Below, piece after piece: positions 39,086-49,906 of a DNA stretch of 64,000 bases. The first letter of the stretch is position 1. Each line of letters begins with the position of its first letter. The translations under genes were made by a program, and so were the position numbers. Under the pieces are notes generated by a model that was given only the letters and a program-made list of their open reading frames with translations, did no database searches and was not told where the DNA came from. The DNA lies in assembly GCA_000002435.2 (NCBI GenBank), contig CM018793.1. One strand, given 5' to 3'. Origin of the DNA: Giardia intestinalis. Taxonomy: Eukaryota.

Positions 39086-41944
39086 CTAATACTCTGCTGG
39101 ACACCATTCTTCACCGCGAAGATTTGCGATTTCTTTGTCGCGCGCGTGGAGCATCTCCTTCAAGCTACCTATTTCATTCTTCAGAACATTGATTACAGTC
39201 GCGTTTGCACTCGCCACGGCACTACGACCTCTAGGAGACAAGCTTGCTTGCGTGCGCTCGTCATTCTTCTCTGCTTCCTTCAGCTGCTGTGAGGCAAGCT
39301 TGGTTAACAGGGGGACGATCTGCTCCGATGTAACCGCCTCATCCTTTGGTGGTGTGTTCTCACAACTTCGGGCGCGACGAGGGCTTAAAGCGCCACTGGT
39401 TGGAGTCATAACACCGCTACGTATATCTGCAAGAGATCGACCCGAAAGCACCTTCTTGAGGGTCTCACCACTGGACTCCAAAGCAGTAATGACTGAGTTG
39501 TTTTCCTTCCCTTTTTCATCCATAGCAATCCGAAGTGACTTGAAGGACTGCTCCTGATTTTGAAGGGCAGCTATGAGGCACTGGATACGCCTGTCCCGTT
39601 CAGCTATATCTTTAGCCATCCCATCCACTGTCAGTGCCGTCTGCACACTCTCAGTCTTATTGTCCATAACTGTTCGAGAAGGTGCAGCTTTCGTTGCATG
39701 AACAAGAGCCGTTGCAGTACTACTTGAAGCCATAGAATGACAATCCATCACATAAGACATAGCTAGTTCTTCTGCAAGGATCTTCATTTGGTCGAGGTCC
39801 AACTCAAGTTTTCGAATTCGCCGCACAGCCTGAAGGGAGCCTTCTCTGCCACGCATACCAACAGGATTGTTAGATAAAGCCTCAATAATCTTATCTTTTT
39901 CTGAAAGCTGCTTATGGAGCGCTATAATTTCCTTTGCATTAAGGCCAGGGTCAATTGTAGAAGTTGGGCCAGAAAAGTCGATAGTAAATTCTTCCAAAAC
40001 ACACTTTAGGTCAGACAACTGTTTTTCTGCGACCAGGAGCTTGTCCTTGAGCCGCTGCTTATCCACGCGGAGAGCGTGAATTTCTGCTTTAGCATTAGAC
40101 CGATTCTTTTCCTCAATCTGATCCAAAAGAGACAGCGACGATGTTAGCTCGGCGAACTGGGCATCCTTCATCTGTGCTTGGGCTTGTAGGCGCGAGTTCT
40201 CCGATTCAAGTAGAGAGACCTTCTCCTTGAGGACCATTACCTCCGATGTCGAAGGCTCAGACCTTGCCATTTTTGAAGAGGCACTCTGTAGACTGGTAAT
40301 CATATCGTCTTTCCGCCGGACATCATCCGCTAACTGTGCAATCTTCCTCTGCAGATCTTCCACTAGTTCATCCCTCTCTTCATTGAGGCTCTTGACCTTT
40401 GCCTGGATATCATCAATCAGCTGTTTCTGTGCTTTGAGCTCAGTGTCTTGCTTGTCAACGATTTGCTGAAGAACCTCGGCACGTTGTGCGTGACGACTTT
40501 CCCCAGTCATTGATTTATGGGATTTTATTGCCATGTGCGCATTGACTTTATTGGCCGCAGCTAGTTGAGCTCGCAAGCTCTGGACTTCCTCCTTAAGTGA
40601 TTTGATCTCCTCCTTGAGTGCATCACAGTTAGCTGCGTTATCTTGATTCTGTGGCAGCGAAGAAAGTGCTGATGCTGGCACTCCCAATTGAGTTGGCCCT
40701 TGGTCAGATGACTTAAGGCTTAGAAGGTCTGTACGCAATTGCATGATTTCATCTTCAAGTCTCTCAACATACGACTCATCTGCAGTTCCTCGTAAATAGT
40801 TAGATGACTTCTGTTTGCTTGGTGAATTCAATTCAGATTGCAGCTTTCCAATGAGCTCATTTTTTTCTTCAATCTCCTCCTTGAGTAGTGCTATCTCTGT
40901 CGTAGCGACTTTATAGGAGAAGTCATCACCACCCTTTTGTCGAGCTTCAAGCTTCTTAACTTTTTCCCTGAGCGATTCTATTTCCTGGGCCATCTTTTGA
41001 GGAGATGAAGCACGAGCAGGAACGTCTGCAGGCTTTGTCTCCAAATGTAGCTTTAACTTCGTAATCTCAAGGTCCTTCATTCGAAGTGCATCGTCTGTAT
41101 CTCTTATCTTCCTTCTGAGCTCAGAAATTGTCTCCTCCAGCTCGGCACAACGCTTCTGCATAGCGCCATCCTCAGTGATGCCGCTCTTCAAGCGTGTCGA
41201 GGCACGGAAGAGGGCGCGGGATCGCCTTGCAGGGGCGATTCGAGCAGTTACAGAGTCGTCTTGGCTATTGAGAGGGTCAGAACACCCAGATAGCTCGTTG
41301 TGAAGCTGAAGCTCATCGTCATCTAACTCGCTAGCGGCATCTACGTGTGGGGCAGCACAAGCAGAGATTTGTGAATGCGTGCTGAGGCTTTGATACTCCT
41401 TGAGGTACTTGAGGATATCCGTGTTGGACTTTGCGCTAGCAACAGTGATCATAAAGGTAAGGTCATCCTGAGAGACAACGAAGTGCTGGAGCAGCGCTTT
41501 GAGACAGTCAAGGTTATTTGTTGCACAAGCGTGATCAGCGGCAGACAGATTTTGTCGATCATTAACCAGGCGGAAGTGCTTAATTATTGCATTGATGACT
41601 GAAACATGTCCATTCTGTGCGGCAACCATCAGAGCATCCTGACCATTCGGGAGTTTGCAGCCCTTCTCCAAGCCGACCAGAAGTTTACAAACGGCGGCGT
41701 GTCCGTTTCTGGCTGCAAGTATTAGTGCAGTTTCCCCAGCATTGTTGGTTAATTTCTGTTCGTAGCCCATGAGGATACGGATGATGTCGGTATTTCCTTG
41801 ACTGGCAGCAATCATAAGACCCGTGTAACCAGCGTCGTCCCGTGTGCCGTTATACTTGTGGGCGTATTGGCTTATCAAAGAACTGCTTTGAGCACGGACA
41901 GCGGCGATCCAATTCTGCGCCGTGGAAATGCCTATGCCACTCAT
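39086..41944 (-). CDS. Ankyrin-repeat plus long coiled-coil protein (952 aa, 'protein 21.1'-type)
   Basis: The N-terminal ankyrin repeats include GYTGLMIAASQGNTDIIRIL, AGETALILAARNGHAAVCKLL and NGQDALMVAAQNGHVSVINAI. An uninterrupted heptad coiled-coil of about 600 aa follows. Confidence 0.8.
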   Translation of the reverse strand: MSGIGISTAQNWIAAVRAQSSSLISQYAHKYNGTRDDAGYTGLMIAASQGNTDIIRILMGYEQKLTNNAGETALILAARNGHAAVCKLLVGLEKGCKLPNGQDALMVAAQNGHVSVINAIIKHFRLVNDRQNLSAADHACATNNLDCLKALLQHFVVSQDDLTFMITVASAKSNTDILKYLKEYQSLSTHSQISACAAPHVDAASELDDDELQLHNELSGCSDPLNSQDDSVTARIAPARRSRALFRASTRLKSGITEDGAMQKRCAELEETISELRRKIRDTDDALRMKDLEITKLKLHLETKPADVPARASSPQKMAQEIESLREKVKKLEARQKGGDDFSYKVATTEIALLKEEIEEKNELIGKLQSELNSPSKQKSSNYLRGTADESYVERLEDEIMQLRTDLLSLKSSDQGPTQLGVPASALSSLPQNQDNAANCDALKEEIKSLKEEVQSLRAQLAAANKVNAHMAIKSHKSMTGESRHAQRAEVLQQIVDKQDTELKAQKQLIDDIQAKVKSLNEERDELVEDLQRKIAQLADDVRRKDDMITSLQSASSKMARSEPSTSEVMVLKEKVSLLESENSRLQAQAQMKDAQFAELTSSLSLLDQIEEKNRSNAKAEIHALRVDKQRLKDKLLVAEKQLSDLKCVLEEFTIDFSGPTSTIDPGLNAKEIIALHKQLSEKDKIIEALSNNPVGMRGREGSLQAVRRIRKLELDLDQMKILAEELAMSYVMDCHSMASSSTATALVHATKAAPSRTVMDNKTESVQTALTVDGMAKDIAERDRRIQCLIAALQNQEQSFKSLRIAMDEKGKENNSVITALESSGETLKKVLSGRSLADIRSGVMTPTSGALSPRRARSCENTPPKDEAVTSEQIVPLLTKLASQQLKEAEKNDERTQASLSPRGRSAVASANATVINVLKNEIGSLKEMLHARDKEIANLRGEEWCPAEY

Positions 41945-41988
41945 CTTCCGACGAAAATGAAATTTTAGTCCACAAAAGATTTAGCTAT

Positions 41989-44900
41989 TTAATTTGCACC
42001 TCCGGAATCGGCCTCACCGTTGTCGATAAGTCTTACGTGAAGATCAAACTCATAAATTCTCGAAAAATCCAAACCAATCTCTACCCATATTTCATCAAAG
42101 ATTGTCACCCGGCGAACGGCTCGAACGGCTTGATCTGCAGCGAATACTACATCAATCCACATGTTATTTGGATCAACAGCAACAATTTCGTTTTGCTGCA
42201 GCCGTATCTCAGCGTCAACCCCATAATCTCTAAGAATGACCGATATCCTCCGGTCTCCTATCCGAAGTACACCCGCTCTTCCACGTAGCCATGAATATTG
42301 TGCACCTTTCGACTTGCTACCGTCTGTCCAGGGCATCTTAATAGCGCCACTCCACATCTGAATGACGTACAAGACACTGAAAATCTTATCTGCTTCGCTG
42401 GATGCCCTGTCAGCGCTCTCTTTCCTTGAATTGAGATTGGCACATATCTGGCTCATTACTTCTGTGTTGGAATGGGTTGCAGGGAGGTTAGCTCTTCCGT
42501 CTGCGGCCGCTAAGAGACGGTGGACAAGTATATCTGAGTACCGACGGATAGGTGATGTAAAGTGTGTGTAGATTGGTAAGGCTAAACCATAGTGATAGAA
42601 CTCATCTACGGTATACTCTGAGGAGACAAAATATTTGGCCAGCATCATGCATCGTGTGAGCATCTGCCTAACGATGGATATCTGCTTCATGTCGAGAGCA
42701 CCTTCCTTGATCGCGGTGTGTATGGACGCACTAAGTGTCTTATTTGTCGCTGTATCTAAATCAAAGTGAAAGATGTCCTTAATTTGCTTCTTAAGGACAC
42801 TGAACTGCTCCTCAGTGGGCTTAGGGTGTCTTCTCAGAATTGAAATGCTTGGATACTTCTCAAGTGTGTACTCAGCAGCCAGGCGATTGGCCAGAAGCAT
42901 GAACTCCTCTATCATAGACATTGTTGGGAGGGAAGCGTGCTCGTGGAGGCTTGTTGGTAGTTTTGTAATGGGGTCCAATGTAAACTCCACTGCAGGCGTT
43001 TCTAAAATTAATGCTCCGTTTCGAAGACGTTCCATTTTGAGTAGTTTGCTCAAGAACAATAGAAGCTTAAGGTTTTGTTGAATTTTCGCCACCTTTATCT
43101 GATTTTCAAGAATCTCATCGTTGATATGGTTTCTCAAAGCCTTAGACATATTCCTATAACCTGAGCCCTCATATGCTTCAAAAACACTTGCCGAATCCAT
43201 CTCACAAAGCCACTGGGCTTCGTGATACGCCAGCGAGGCACGTGACCGCACTATCGCTTGGGTAAACGAGTACTGCTTGACCACTAGACGAAGCTTTCGC
43301 TCTTCTGGCGAGAGTCCTGCTACCTTACTCATCTCCATGTCGAGCTCAAGATCTTCGACTCCTGCCTCCTCTCTGTATAATTCCAGCTCTATCAGCACAG
43401 ACATGCTTAACCTATCTACCCCAGACCTAAGTGAGCAGATATCCTCAGTCAGAATAGCTGGGAGCATATCAATCCGTCTGTCTGGAAAATATACACTGGT
43501 GCCTCGCTTACGTGCTTCAAGGTCGATTGCGCTCTCTGGGCGGACATAGAAGCTAACATCTGCTATATGTACACCAATTTCAAACGTCGTGGGTCCCAAG
43601 GTCTTAACGTGTAGGGCGTCATCTATGTCTTTACAAGACGGAGGATCAACAGAGATAGTATACTCATTAGTCAAGTTCAGACGGGCAGTGGGATATTTAC
43701 CACAGCTCTGAATATTTTGAGAAAGCGTTGTTTCAGGGGCGCTGGCCAACGACTCTTGCTGGGTTGGAGGTGTCACTGCAGACGCATAAACTCCGCTTGG
43801 AATGGAGTAAGATCCGGACGAGAACCCAAACGGTTTCAGCTCTAGCATAATGTCCTCATTTTCTTGCAGGTTAGCGTGGGGTATATCATACTCGAAAAGT
43901 ACTACATCAGCCTCGACATCTCTGTCACCGACGTCACCAAGAATAGAGCTCACGCGAGCAGTCGGCGACCTTTCTTCAGAGCCCCACGATTCGATAATAA
44001 ACAGGACTCTTTTCCCAATATAGTGGTCGATAGACGAAAGAGATCTAATGAAAAAGTCAGGGAGATTGCGTCGAAAAGGCCTGAGCATTGCCGTTTTCTC
44101 TGTGTGCGAGGAAAGCTCAGATTCCTGGTGATTAGGTGTTTCTTTTAAGTGCTTTAGTATAAAGGGAATCTTGACTGTCCCACAATATTCATGCCTGGGC
44201 CTGTTCATAATGGCTACGACAATGCCATATATCTTCCCTCCAGGAACAGTAGTGGATAGCTTGTCAATGTAGTCGCAAGCATCATAGCAGATGTGCTGAG
44301 GATCTACATGTGTTGAATCCTCTATGTCTTCCCAGGCCTCTTGCTCTATCAATGCAAGTGCAACCTGGTCCCCCGCAAGGCTTCTATTCAAATAAAAGGG
44401 ATTGCACAGTGTTACCTTCATATGTTTGTAGGAAGTTAAGACTTCCCCGCGCTTTCCACGACCCCAGACGGTCATCTTGCCTGAAAGAAGCTGTCTTTTT
44501 GTTATCATAAACTCTGCTTTCTCGGTAGATATGTGGGGCAAGTAACTGAACGAAGACTTGAGAGTTAGCTGCAAAGTGGAGTCACTGTACAACTCACGGA
44601 AGTCTTCATAAGAAAGATGGGGAGACCCCAAACTGGGCTCGATAAGAGAAATCGAAGGAGAAACGAACTGACAGTAGAATGCGTTGCTGAAGAAGAGCGA
44701 GATGTCAATGGCGACAGGATTCCATGGCTTACTATTCTTAGACAGCATATTATCAAGATTCCCTTTCAAGGCCGATGACTCTGATAGAACCGGAAACTCT
44801 AATTCCTGCTCGGAGCTCTTATTGCATAATACAACAACTGGGCAGGCGGTGGTAGCCTCAGGAGTTGCGTGCGAACTGTGGAGTAAGAAGTAGCGTTGAC

Positions 44901-45321
44901 TAGTCACTAGCGCGTCACAAAGCTGTTCCACCGTACGGCACACAGCGTGGCCATTGGATGTATCCTTGCACGATTTATCGGGAAAGCGAATGCACCCATC
45001 AAATTGAATGTAGCGCTGGAGAGCACGATAGCTGGTGGGATGCTGCTCTCTGATATAATCTATTACGGAATCCAGCACAACGACGGTAAACATCTTCCTT
45101 ATTGTGGTATGCTCAAAGAGAGTGGTGTGTAACAGTAACACAGCGGGAGTGGGGAGGAGAATGGCGCATCTTGGACGCCGGTCAGAAACATCTTTATTGC
45201 AAAGTGTGCAGCCCATAAGCCCACATGTTATATCATCTCGTATGACAACAGACTGCACTGATGGCTTACTTTTTAGGAACTGCGGGGTAGCAGAGACGTT
45301 GGGAACCCGCCGGATGGGCAT
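41989..45321 (-). CDS. RNB-domain 3'-5' exoribonuclease, Dis3/Rrp44-like (RNase II/R family)
   Basis: It has the RNB catalytic motif 'PPSCKDIDDALHVKTLGPTTFEIGVHIADVSFYV'. The size (1110 aa) and the N-terminal Cys-containing region followed by CSD/RNB/S1-like architecture are consistent with Dis3. There is an AT-rich context upstream of the ATG at 45321. Confidence 0.75.
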   Translation of the reverse strand: MPIRRVPNVSATPQFLKSKPSVQSVVIRDDITCGLMGCTLCNKDVSDRRPRCAILLPTPAVLLLHTTLFEHTTIRKMFTVVVLDSVIDYIREQHPTSYRALQRYIQFDGCIRFPDKSCKDTSNGHAVCRTVEQLCDALVTSQRYFLLHSSHATPEATTACPVVVLCNKSSEQELEFPVLSESSALKGNLDNMLSKNSKPWNPVAIDISLFFSNAFYCQFVSPSISLIEPSLGSPHLSYEDFRELYSDSTLQLTLKSSFSYLPHISTEKAEFMITKRQLLSGKMTVWGRGKRGEVLTSYKHMKVTLCNPFYLNRSLAGDQVALALIEQEAWEDIEDSTHVDPQHICYDACDYIDKLSTTVPGGKIYGIVVAIMNRPRHEYCGTVKIPFILKHLKETPNHQESELSSHTEKTAMLRPFRRNLPDFFIRSLSSIDHYIGKRVLFIIESWGSEERSPTARVSSILGDVGDRDVEADVVLFEYDIPHANLQENEDIMLELKPFGFSSGSYSIPSGVYASAVTPPTQQESLASAPETTLSQNIQSCGKYPTARLNLTNEYTISVDPPSCKDIDDALHVKTLGPTTFEIGVHIADVSFYVRPESAIDLEARKRGTSVYFPDRRIDMLPAILTEDICSLRSGVDRLSMSVLIELELYREEAGVEDLELDMEMSKVAGLSPEERKLRLVVKQYSFTQAIVRSRASLAYHEAQWLCEMDSASVFEAYEGSGYRNMSKALRNHINDEILENQIKVAKIQQNLKLLLFLSKLLKMERLRNGALILETPAVEFTLDPITKLPTSLHEHASLPTMSMIEEFMLLANRLAAEYTLEKYPSISILRRHPKPTEEQFSVLKKQIKDIFHFDLDTATNKTLSASIHTAIKEGALDMKQISIVRQMLTRCMMLAKYFVSSEYTVDEFYHYGLALPIYTHFTSPIRRYSDILVHRLLAAADGRANLPATHSNTEVMSQICANLNSRKESADRASSEADKIFSVLYVIQMWSGAIKMPWTDGSKSKGAQYSWLRGRAGVLRIGDRRISVILRDYGVDAEIRLQQNEIVAVDPNNMWIDVVFAADQAVRAVRRVTIFDEIWVEIGLDFSRIYEFDLHVRLIDNGEADSGGAN

Positions 45322-45384
45322 AGGAATTTGTTACAATTAAATACCCCAGGTATTTGTTGCAGTGGTTCCAGAAGTTATTCGTCG

Positions 45385-45741
45385 CTATTGTTTACTTTCT
45401 GGCTTATAAATCTCTTCAAAGAGACTCACTAGCGTCTGCGTTATGAGTTTGTTTGTGGACCTCTCTGCCCAAACAAGTTCCTCTATCTTAGAATTGAGAA
45501 TAATCTGGATATTGTACTTGGCAGAAAGCATTTCTATTAGTCTCTCGCATGTACATGGACCATCGTCCAGCAAGGTTACGCCCACCGCTGTTCCGGGTAC
45601 ATCCAAACACGGAACCAAAATAGAGAGGGATCCAAGCGCAAGGGGGTCACTGCTTATAGATAAGACACAAGATTTGGAGTGAGCTATCACAACCACTTTT
45701 ATGATTCCAACATCTGTCTCCAATACTTTCTCTATCAGCAT
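45385..45741 (-). CDS. Small hypothetical protein (118 aa), possibly with a Roadblock/LC7/MglB-like fold
   Basis: An N-terminal hydrophobic beta-like segment 'VGIIKVVVIAHSKSCVLSISS' resembles the roadblock 'VQGIIVVNTEGIPIKST' segment. The match is weak, so the family assignment is tentative. Confidence 0.3.
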   Translation of the reverse strand: MLIEKVLETDVGIIKVVVIAHSKSCVLSISSDPLALGSLSILVPCLDVPGTAVGVTLLDDGPCTCERLIEMLSAKYNIQIILNSKIEELVWAERSTNKLITQTLVSLFEEIYKPESKQ

Positions 45742-47968
45742 TTTAAGATGATTATAGAATGATCCGGGAACCCCTCCTGCAACGAAAGCTTAGCCATCCT
45801 ATTTATCCAGGGGGCATTAGAAATCAAGAGATACATTTAACTGATCATTGCGTGTATTGAACAACTCATACTAATTTCTTTGTCCCCAGTAGCTGACCCT
45901 AATCATCCCAGTAGAGCCCCACATCAGGTATGGATCTTGCGTAGTGCTGAGCCATATCCCCTATGTCAATAGATGCTGCTTCGGTGGCTCCAATTTGAAG
46001 GAGGGAGGCCCTTGTCACTGTATAGATTTGTGTCAAGTGAAAATTATCGTGGGCTTCTTGGAAGACCCGACGGCTCGCTATATTCTGCCATCTCTATGCT
46101 TGCCATGGCTACTGGAAATACCGATGCATGTGTGCAACTCATAAGAGTGAGCTCTGCTTGATTATTTGCTCAAACTGTCCAACCCATGATAATAGGACTG
46201 CTACCAGAGGAGACCATGAACGAAACCCTAGTACTCACGAGGGCACTCTCAGATGAAGTGGTTTGTATGCGCTCTTTAGCCCTCGGAAGCTCAGTGCACA
46301 TGGTTACTCATCCTTTGACACCAGACTCGCCCACAAGACGCACTGGCCACACTATAACACCCTTGGTGGTGAGCCCAGATAAGGGTGCGTGCGCTGATAG
46401 TATTGTATGTCAAAAGACCTTCCTAGTAGCAATGTGCTGGTCACGGTCAAGAAGACATTACCATTTTGATGCATCGAGGGTTGATCGATTCGTTAAGACA
46501 CTGTCGGTATTCTACTCGTATAATCGGGACCCATCTCATCTACAAAGGTTCTACTTGTGTGCACGCTCACCCGGAAACCAGAATCGAGACCTGGCAGGCG
46601 TCACTCGCCCTGCAGCGATTTGGTACGACAGCAAGGGTGGACCTCGGATTGACGGGGGATGCTTCCCGGCGAGTCCCAGGTGCACTGCAGGTGGCGATCT
46701 CAACGTGGATGAGTGCCCAGTCGGTGAAGTCATGGCTCACAGGGAGGCGCCTGGACTACCCACAAGGATTGGGGAGATCCAAGACTGCAGTGTCCGTTGG
46801 TAAGACACACAGTAGGAACGCCTTGTGAGATAGACCAGAAGTCCTCCGCCCAGTCGTGGCTAGTACCTGCAGCTAGTAGCCCCGTGGGCTCGTCCCGGAC
46901 GCTCTTGGTCAAACGGATAGCCGATGCGGTCGTGTCAGAGGTCAGTCTCCGCCTCCACATGGCAGAACAGTGGGAACAGTCGTCTATAGGCAGGGACCTT
47001 CTCTTGAACATAATGCAGCTAACACTGTGCCACAGTACCCATGACTGACTTGGTGGGCTACACTATGGCAATACTTCGCAGAGCCCCAGTTCGCAAGTCA
47101 TAAGGCGATTGCCAATTCAGACCGAGACATCCTTTGTGTACGCTGGGCCTATCTGCAGTATAACGAGCAGCGTATCTGTTTGACCAAGAGGCTGCCGGCG
47201 TGGATATGCACTGCCGTATGCCCAGGCCTATAGTTGAATGACAGACCGTTCAGGTGGGGGATCAGCGATTGCCTTGACGTGCAAGAAGAGCCTCCATGCG
47301 ACATCGTTCCACAACGGTATGCGTAGGATCTGCGGCGAATGGCACCACCACCAAAGCGGACGAGGCGCTGTGCTATCGAGAAAGGAGGCTCATATCTTCT
47401 TATGACCAAAGAGCCTAGCAACAACATTTACACAGCAATGCATACTATCGCAATGGACTTTCCTTGTGGGCAGTGTTAAAATGTTCATGTGCCATGTCGT
47501 GAGGCCATGGCGTATTTTGCATCTCCTGCGCCAACGTCATCGCTGCCTATTAGTGCAGAACCTGGCTATCTTGGAAGGCCTCCTCAAGTTCGTCTATGCC
47601 TTTCTCGAAGAAGGTCCTTGGTAGTGGAGCTCGCTTTATGAGTGCTGTCTACCTCCTAGCAGAGCAAATTGACGGATGATGCACATGCGGGCTATACACT
47701 TTTCCGAAGCTTGTAGGACACGGTGTTATGGCGGCTTTAACGGTACACAAGCCACGCCCGCCTGCAACAGATGGCCTCGATAGGATGCTCTTGAGTAGGG
47801 CACCAGTCAACTAGTCTAGTCCATGGGCACCGCTGAAAAGCACCAGTGTCTTCTTGTTCTACACTGCGGTGTGCTCACAGCGATACGCTGAAGGATGCGT
47901 GCGGCCCGGTGGAGGCGGCCTCTACTGCTATCTGATTGCCCGTTAGTGTGAGCGTGATTCGACGGGCA

Positions 47969-49246
47969 ATGTTGTACTTGGCAGGTTTAGCATTCGCTTA
48001 CTTGGCGCTTGCCGATCCAAAATCGTGCACCAACTCTCAAAATTGTGCATCTGGAGATAACTGTCTAGATGTCAATATGAATGGTTCTCCTACAGAGGTT
48101 TGCACAAAATGCGAGCCAAACAACGTCCCGATCGACGGGGCGTGCAAGCCGGCCGCAGACAACACGAACAGCTGCGTAACCTCGGATAGCGGGGCCGGCG
48201 GGGTTTGCGCGTCGTGCCAGGGGAGCACCTACCTCTACAAGGGCGGGTGCTACGCCGCGTGCCCTCAGGGAACACCAAACTCTGAGACTAACACATGCGA
48301 TGGAGTCCCCGCCCCTGATTGCAATCTCGCCAACTGCGAGGTGTGCTCGGAGGACAAGCAGAAGTGCACAAAGTGCCAAAGTAACTACTTCCTCACTCCA
48401 GAGAAGAACGCTTGCTTGGCGTCTTGTCCGGCCGGGTCGTACGCGGTTGGGCAAACGTGCGCGCCCTGCGACCCCTCCTGTGCGGAGTGCAGCGGGGCCG
48501 GCGCTTCCAAGTGCACGGCCTGTCCCGCCGGGAAGATGCTGAGGTACGCCGACGAGAGCAAGCTTAATGAGGGCGGCCAGTGCGTGGAGCAATGCGTGGA
48601 GGGCCCGGAGTGCGAGACGTGCGGCCTAACAATTGGAGGTACCAAGTACTGCTCGAAGTGCAAGGGGAACAACGTGCCGCTCAATGGCGTCTGCACAAGC
48701 AATGCGGCCAGGACTCGGTTCTGCACCACTGTCGCTAACGGTGCTTGCACGGTCTGCGCCGCCGGATACTTCATCCAGGAGGGCGGATGCTACAAGACTG
48801 ACAGGCTCCCCGGGAAAAGCATCTGCACAACGCCCACTGGGGATGGAAAATGCCAAACGTGTGCGAATGGCTTGACAGCTGTCTCGAACATGTGTCCATT
48901 ATGCGACTCCACTTGTGCGACATGCACCGTGGCCAATCAACCCGATAAGTGCAGCACGTGTCCACCTGGCCGTTACTTGGACGCCAGTAAAGCATGCAAA
49001 CTGTGTACAGAGACAAGCGGTAGCATCCAGGGCGTCGCTAACTGCGCGAGCTGCGCTCCTCCAACTGGTAATAGTGGTTCTGTCATCTGCTACGTCAAGA
49101 CGGATGGCACTGACAACGGCGGAAGCACGAATAAGAGCGGCCTCAGCACAGGCGCTATAGCGGGCATCTCCGTCACGGCGGTTGTCGTCGTGGCTGGCCT
49201 TGTGAGCTTCCTCTGCTGGTGGTTCCTCTGTAGGGGCAAGGCGTGA
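47969..49246 (+). CDS. VSP: Variant-specific surface protein (VSP)
   Basis: The signal peptide is MLYLAGLAFAYLALA. There are about 28 CxxC motifs and the GGCY motif. There is a single C-terminal TM (AIAGISVTAVVVVAGLVSFLCWWFL) followed by the invariant cytoplasmic tail CRGKA and a stop. The ORF track starts at a TTG at 47936, and the first ATG is at 47969. Confidence 0.95.
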   Translation: MLYLAGLAFAYLALADPKSCTNSQNCASGDNCLDVNMNGSPTEVCTKCEPNNVPIDGACKPAADNTNSCVTSDSGAGGVCASCQGSTYLYKGGCYAACPQGTPNSETNTCDGVPAPDCNLANCEVCSEDKQKCTKCQSNYFLTPEKNACLASCPAGSYAVGQTCAPCDPSCAECSGAGASKCTACPAGKMLRYADESKLNEGGQCVEQCVEGPECETCGLTIGGTKYCSKCKGNNVPLNGVCTSNAARTRFCTTVANGACTVCAAGYFIQEGGCYKTDRLPGKSICTTPTGDGKCQTCANGLTAVSNMCPLCDSTCATCTVANQPDKCSTCPPGRYLDASKACKLCTETSGSIQGVANCASCAPPTGNSGSVICYVKTDGTDNGGSTNKSGLSTGAIAGISVTAVVVVAGLVSFLCWWFLCRGKA

Positions 49247-49260
49247 CTTAGGTAGTAAAC
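49247..49260 (+). promoter_or_regulatory. VSP extended polyadenylation signal (ACTTAGGT + AGTAAAC)
   Basis: The TGA stop is followed 1 nt later by 'cttaggtagtaaac'. This gives ACTYAGRT AGTRAAY, the conserved 3' element of Giardia VSP genes, and includes the general AGTRAAY poly(A) signal. Confidence 0.8.
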
Positions 49261-49906
49261 GTGCCCACATACCACAGTATACATCATAAATGGTGTCCAG
49301 GGCTGCCTCTGGTACACTGACGTGCCTCCTGGCGAGAGTAGCGGGGTCCCGCTCCCGAGCTACGGGCTGTGCTGGAACTGGGGGCACTATTTGTAGTGGT
49401 TGGAAAGTAAGCCCTGCAGGGCCGACTTTAGTCGTGAAAGCATCGTATACATCAGCAGTGGCTGAACACTCAGATTTTTTGGTATTACGGCAAAGTCATC
49501 AATGCCTGAAAAATCTACGAGGTTACTTCTATCGACATCTATGCTTCTCTATCGTTCCTCCTAGAAAAGAGCACTCTTGAGAATCAGCAAAACCATATTC
49601 TAAACTAATGAGATTGTTTCTTATTCAGCTTAGTTGATGAGCCAGCTTTATAAACCTGAAAGTATAATGTAGTTTGTGAGTAAATACCAATGTTGGGCGT
49701 TTGCATTGTGGATTCTACAAGTTTAGCATTAAGATCACTGCCTTATATATTCTTGCTGTTAAAGATTCTCAATTAAAGCTTTAACATTCTGTCATTGCCG
49801 CCGTCAGTATTCGCGTCTATCTCCATAACGATATCGACGAAGACCTGGCCCACAACATACCATTTGGCAGCTATTGATCATGATCTAAAAATTCAAATCT
49901 CTCTTC

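Noticed and set aside
48065-49387. Several long antisense ORFs (48065..48592, 48385..48774, 48899..49387, all '-') inside the VSP gene
   Set aside because: The VSP coding DNA is about 58% GC and stop-codon poor, so long antisense ORFs arise by chance. Their translations are R/P/A-rich and non-protein-like. The sense strand carries the unmistakable VSP signature.
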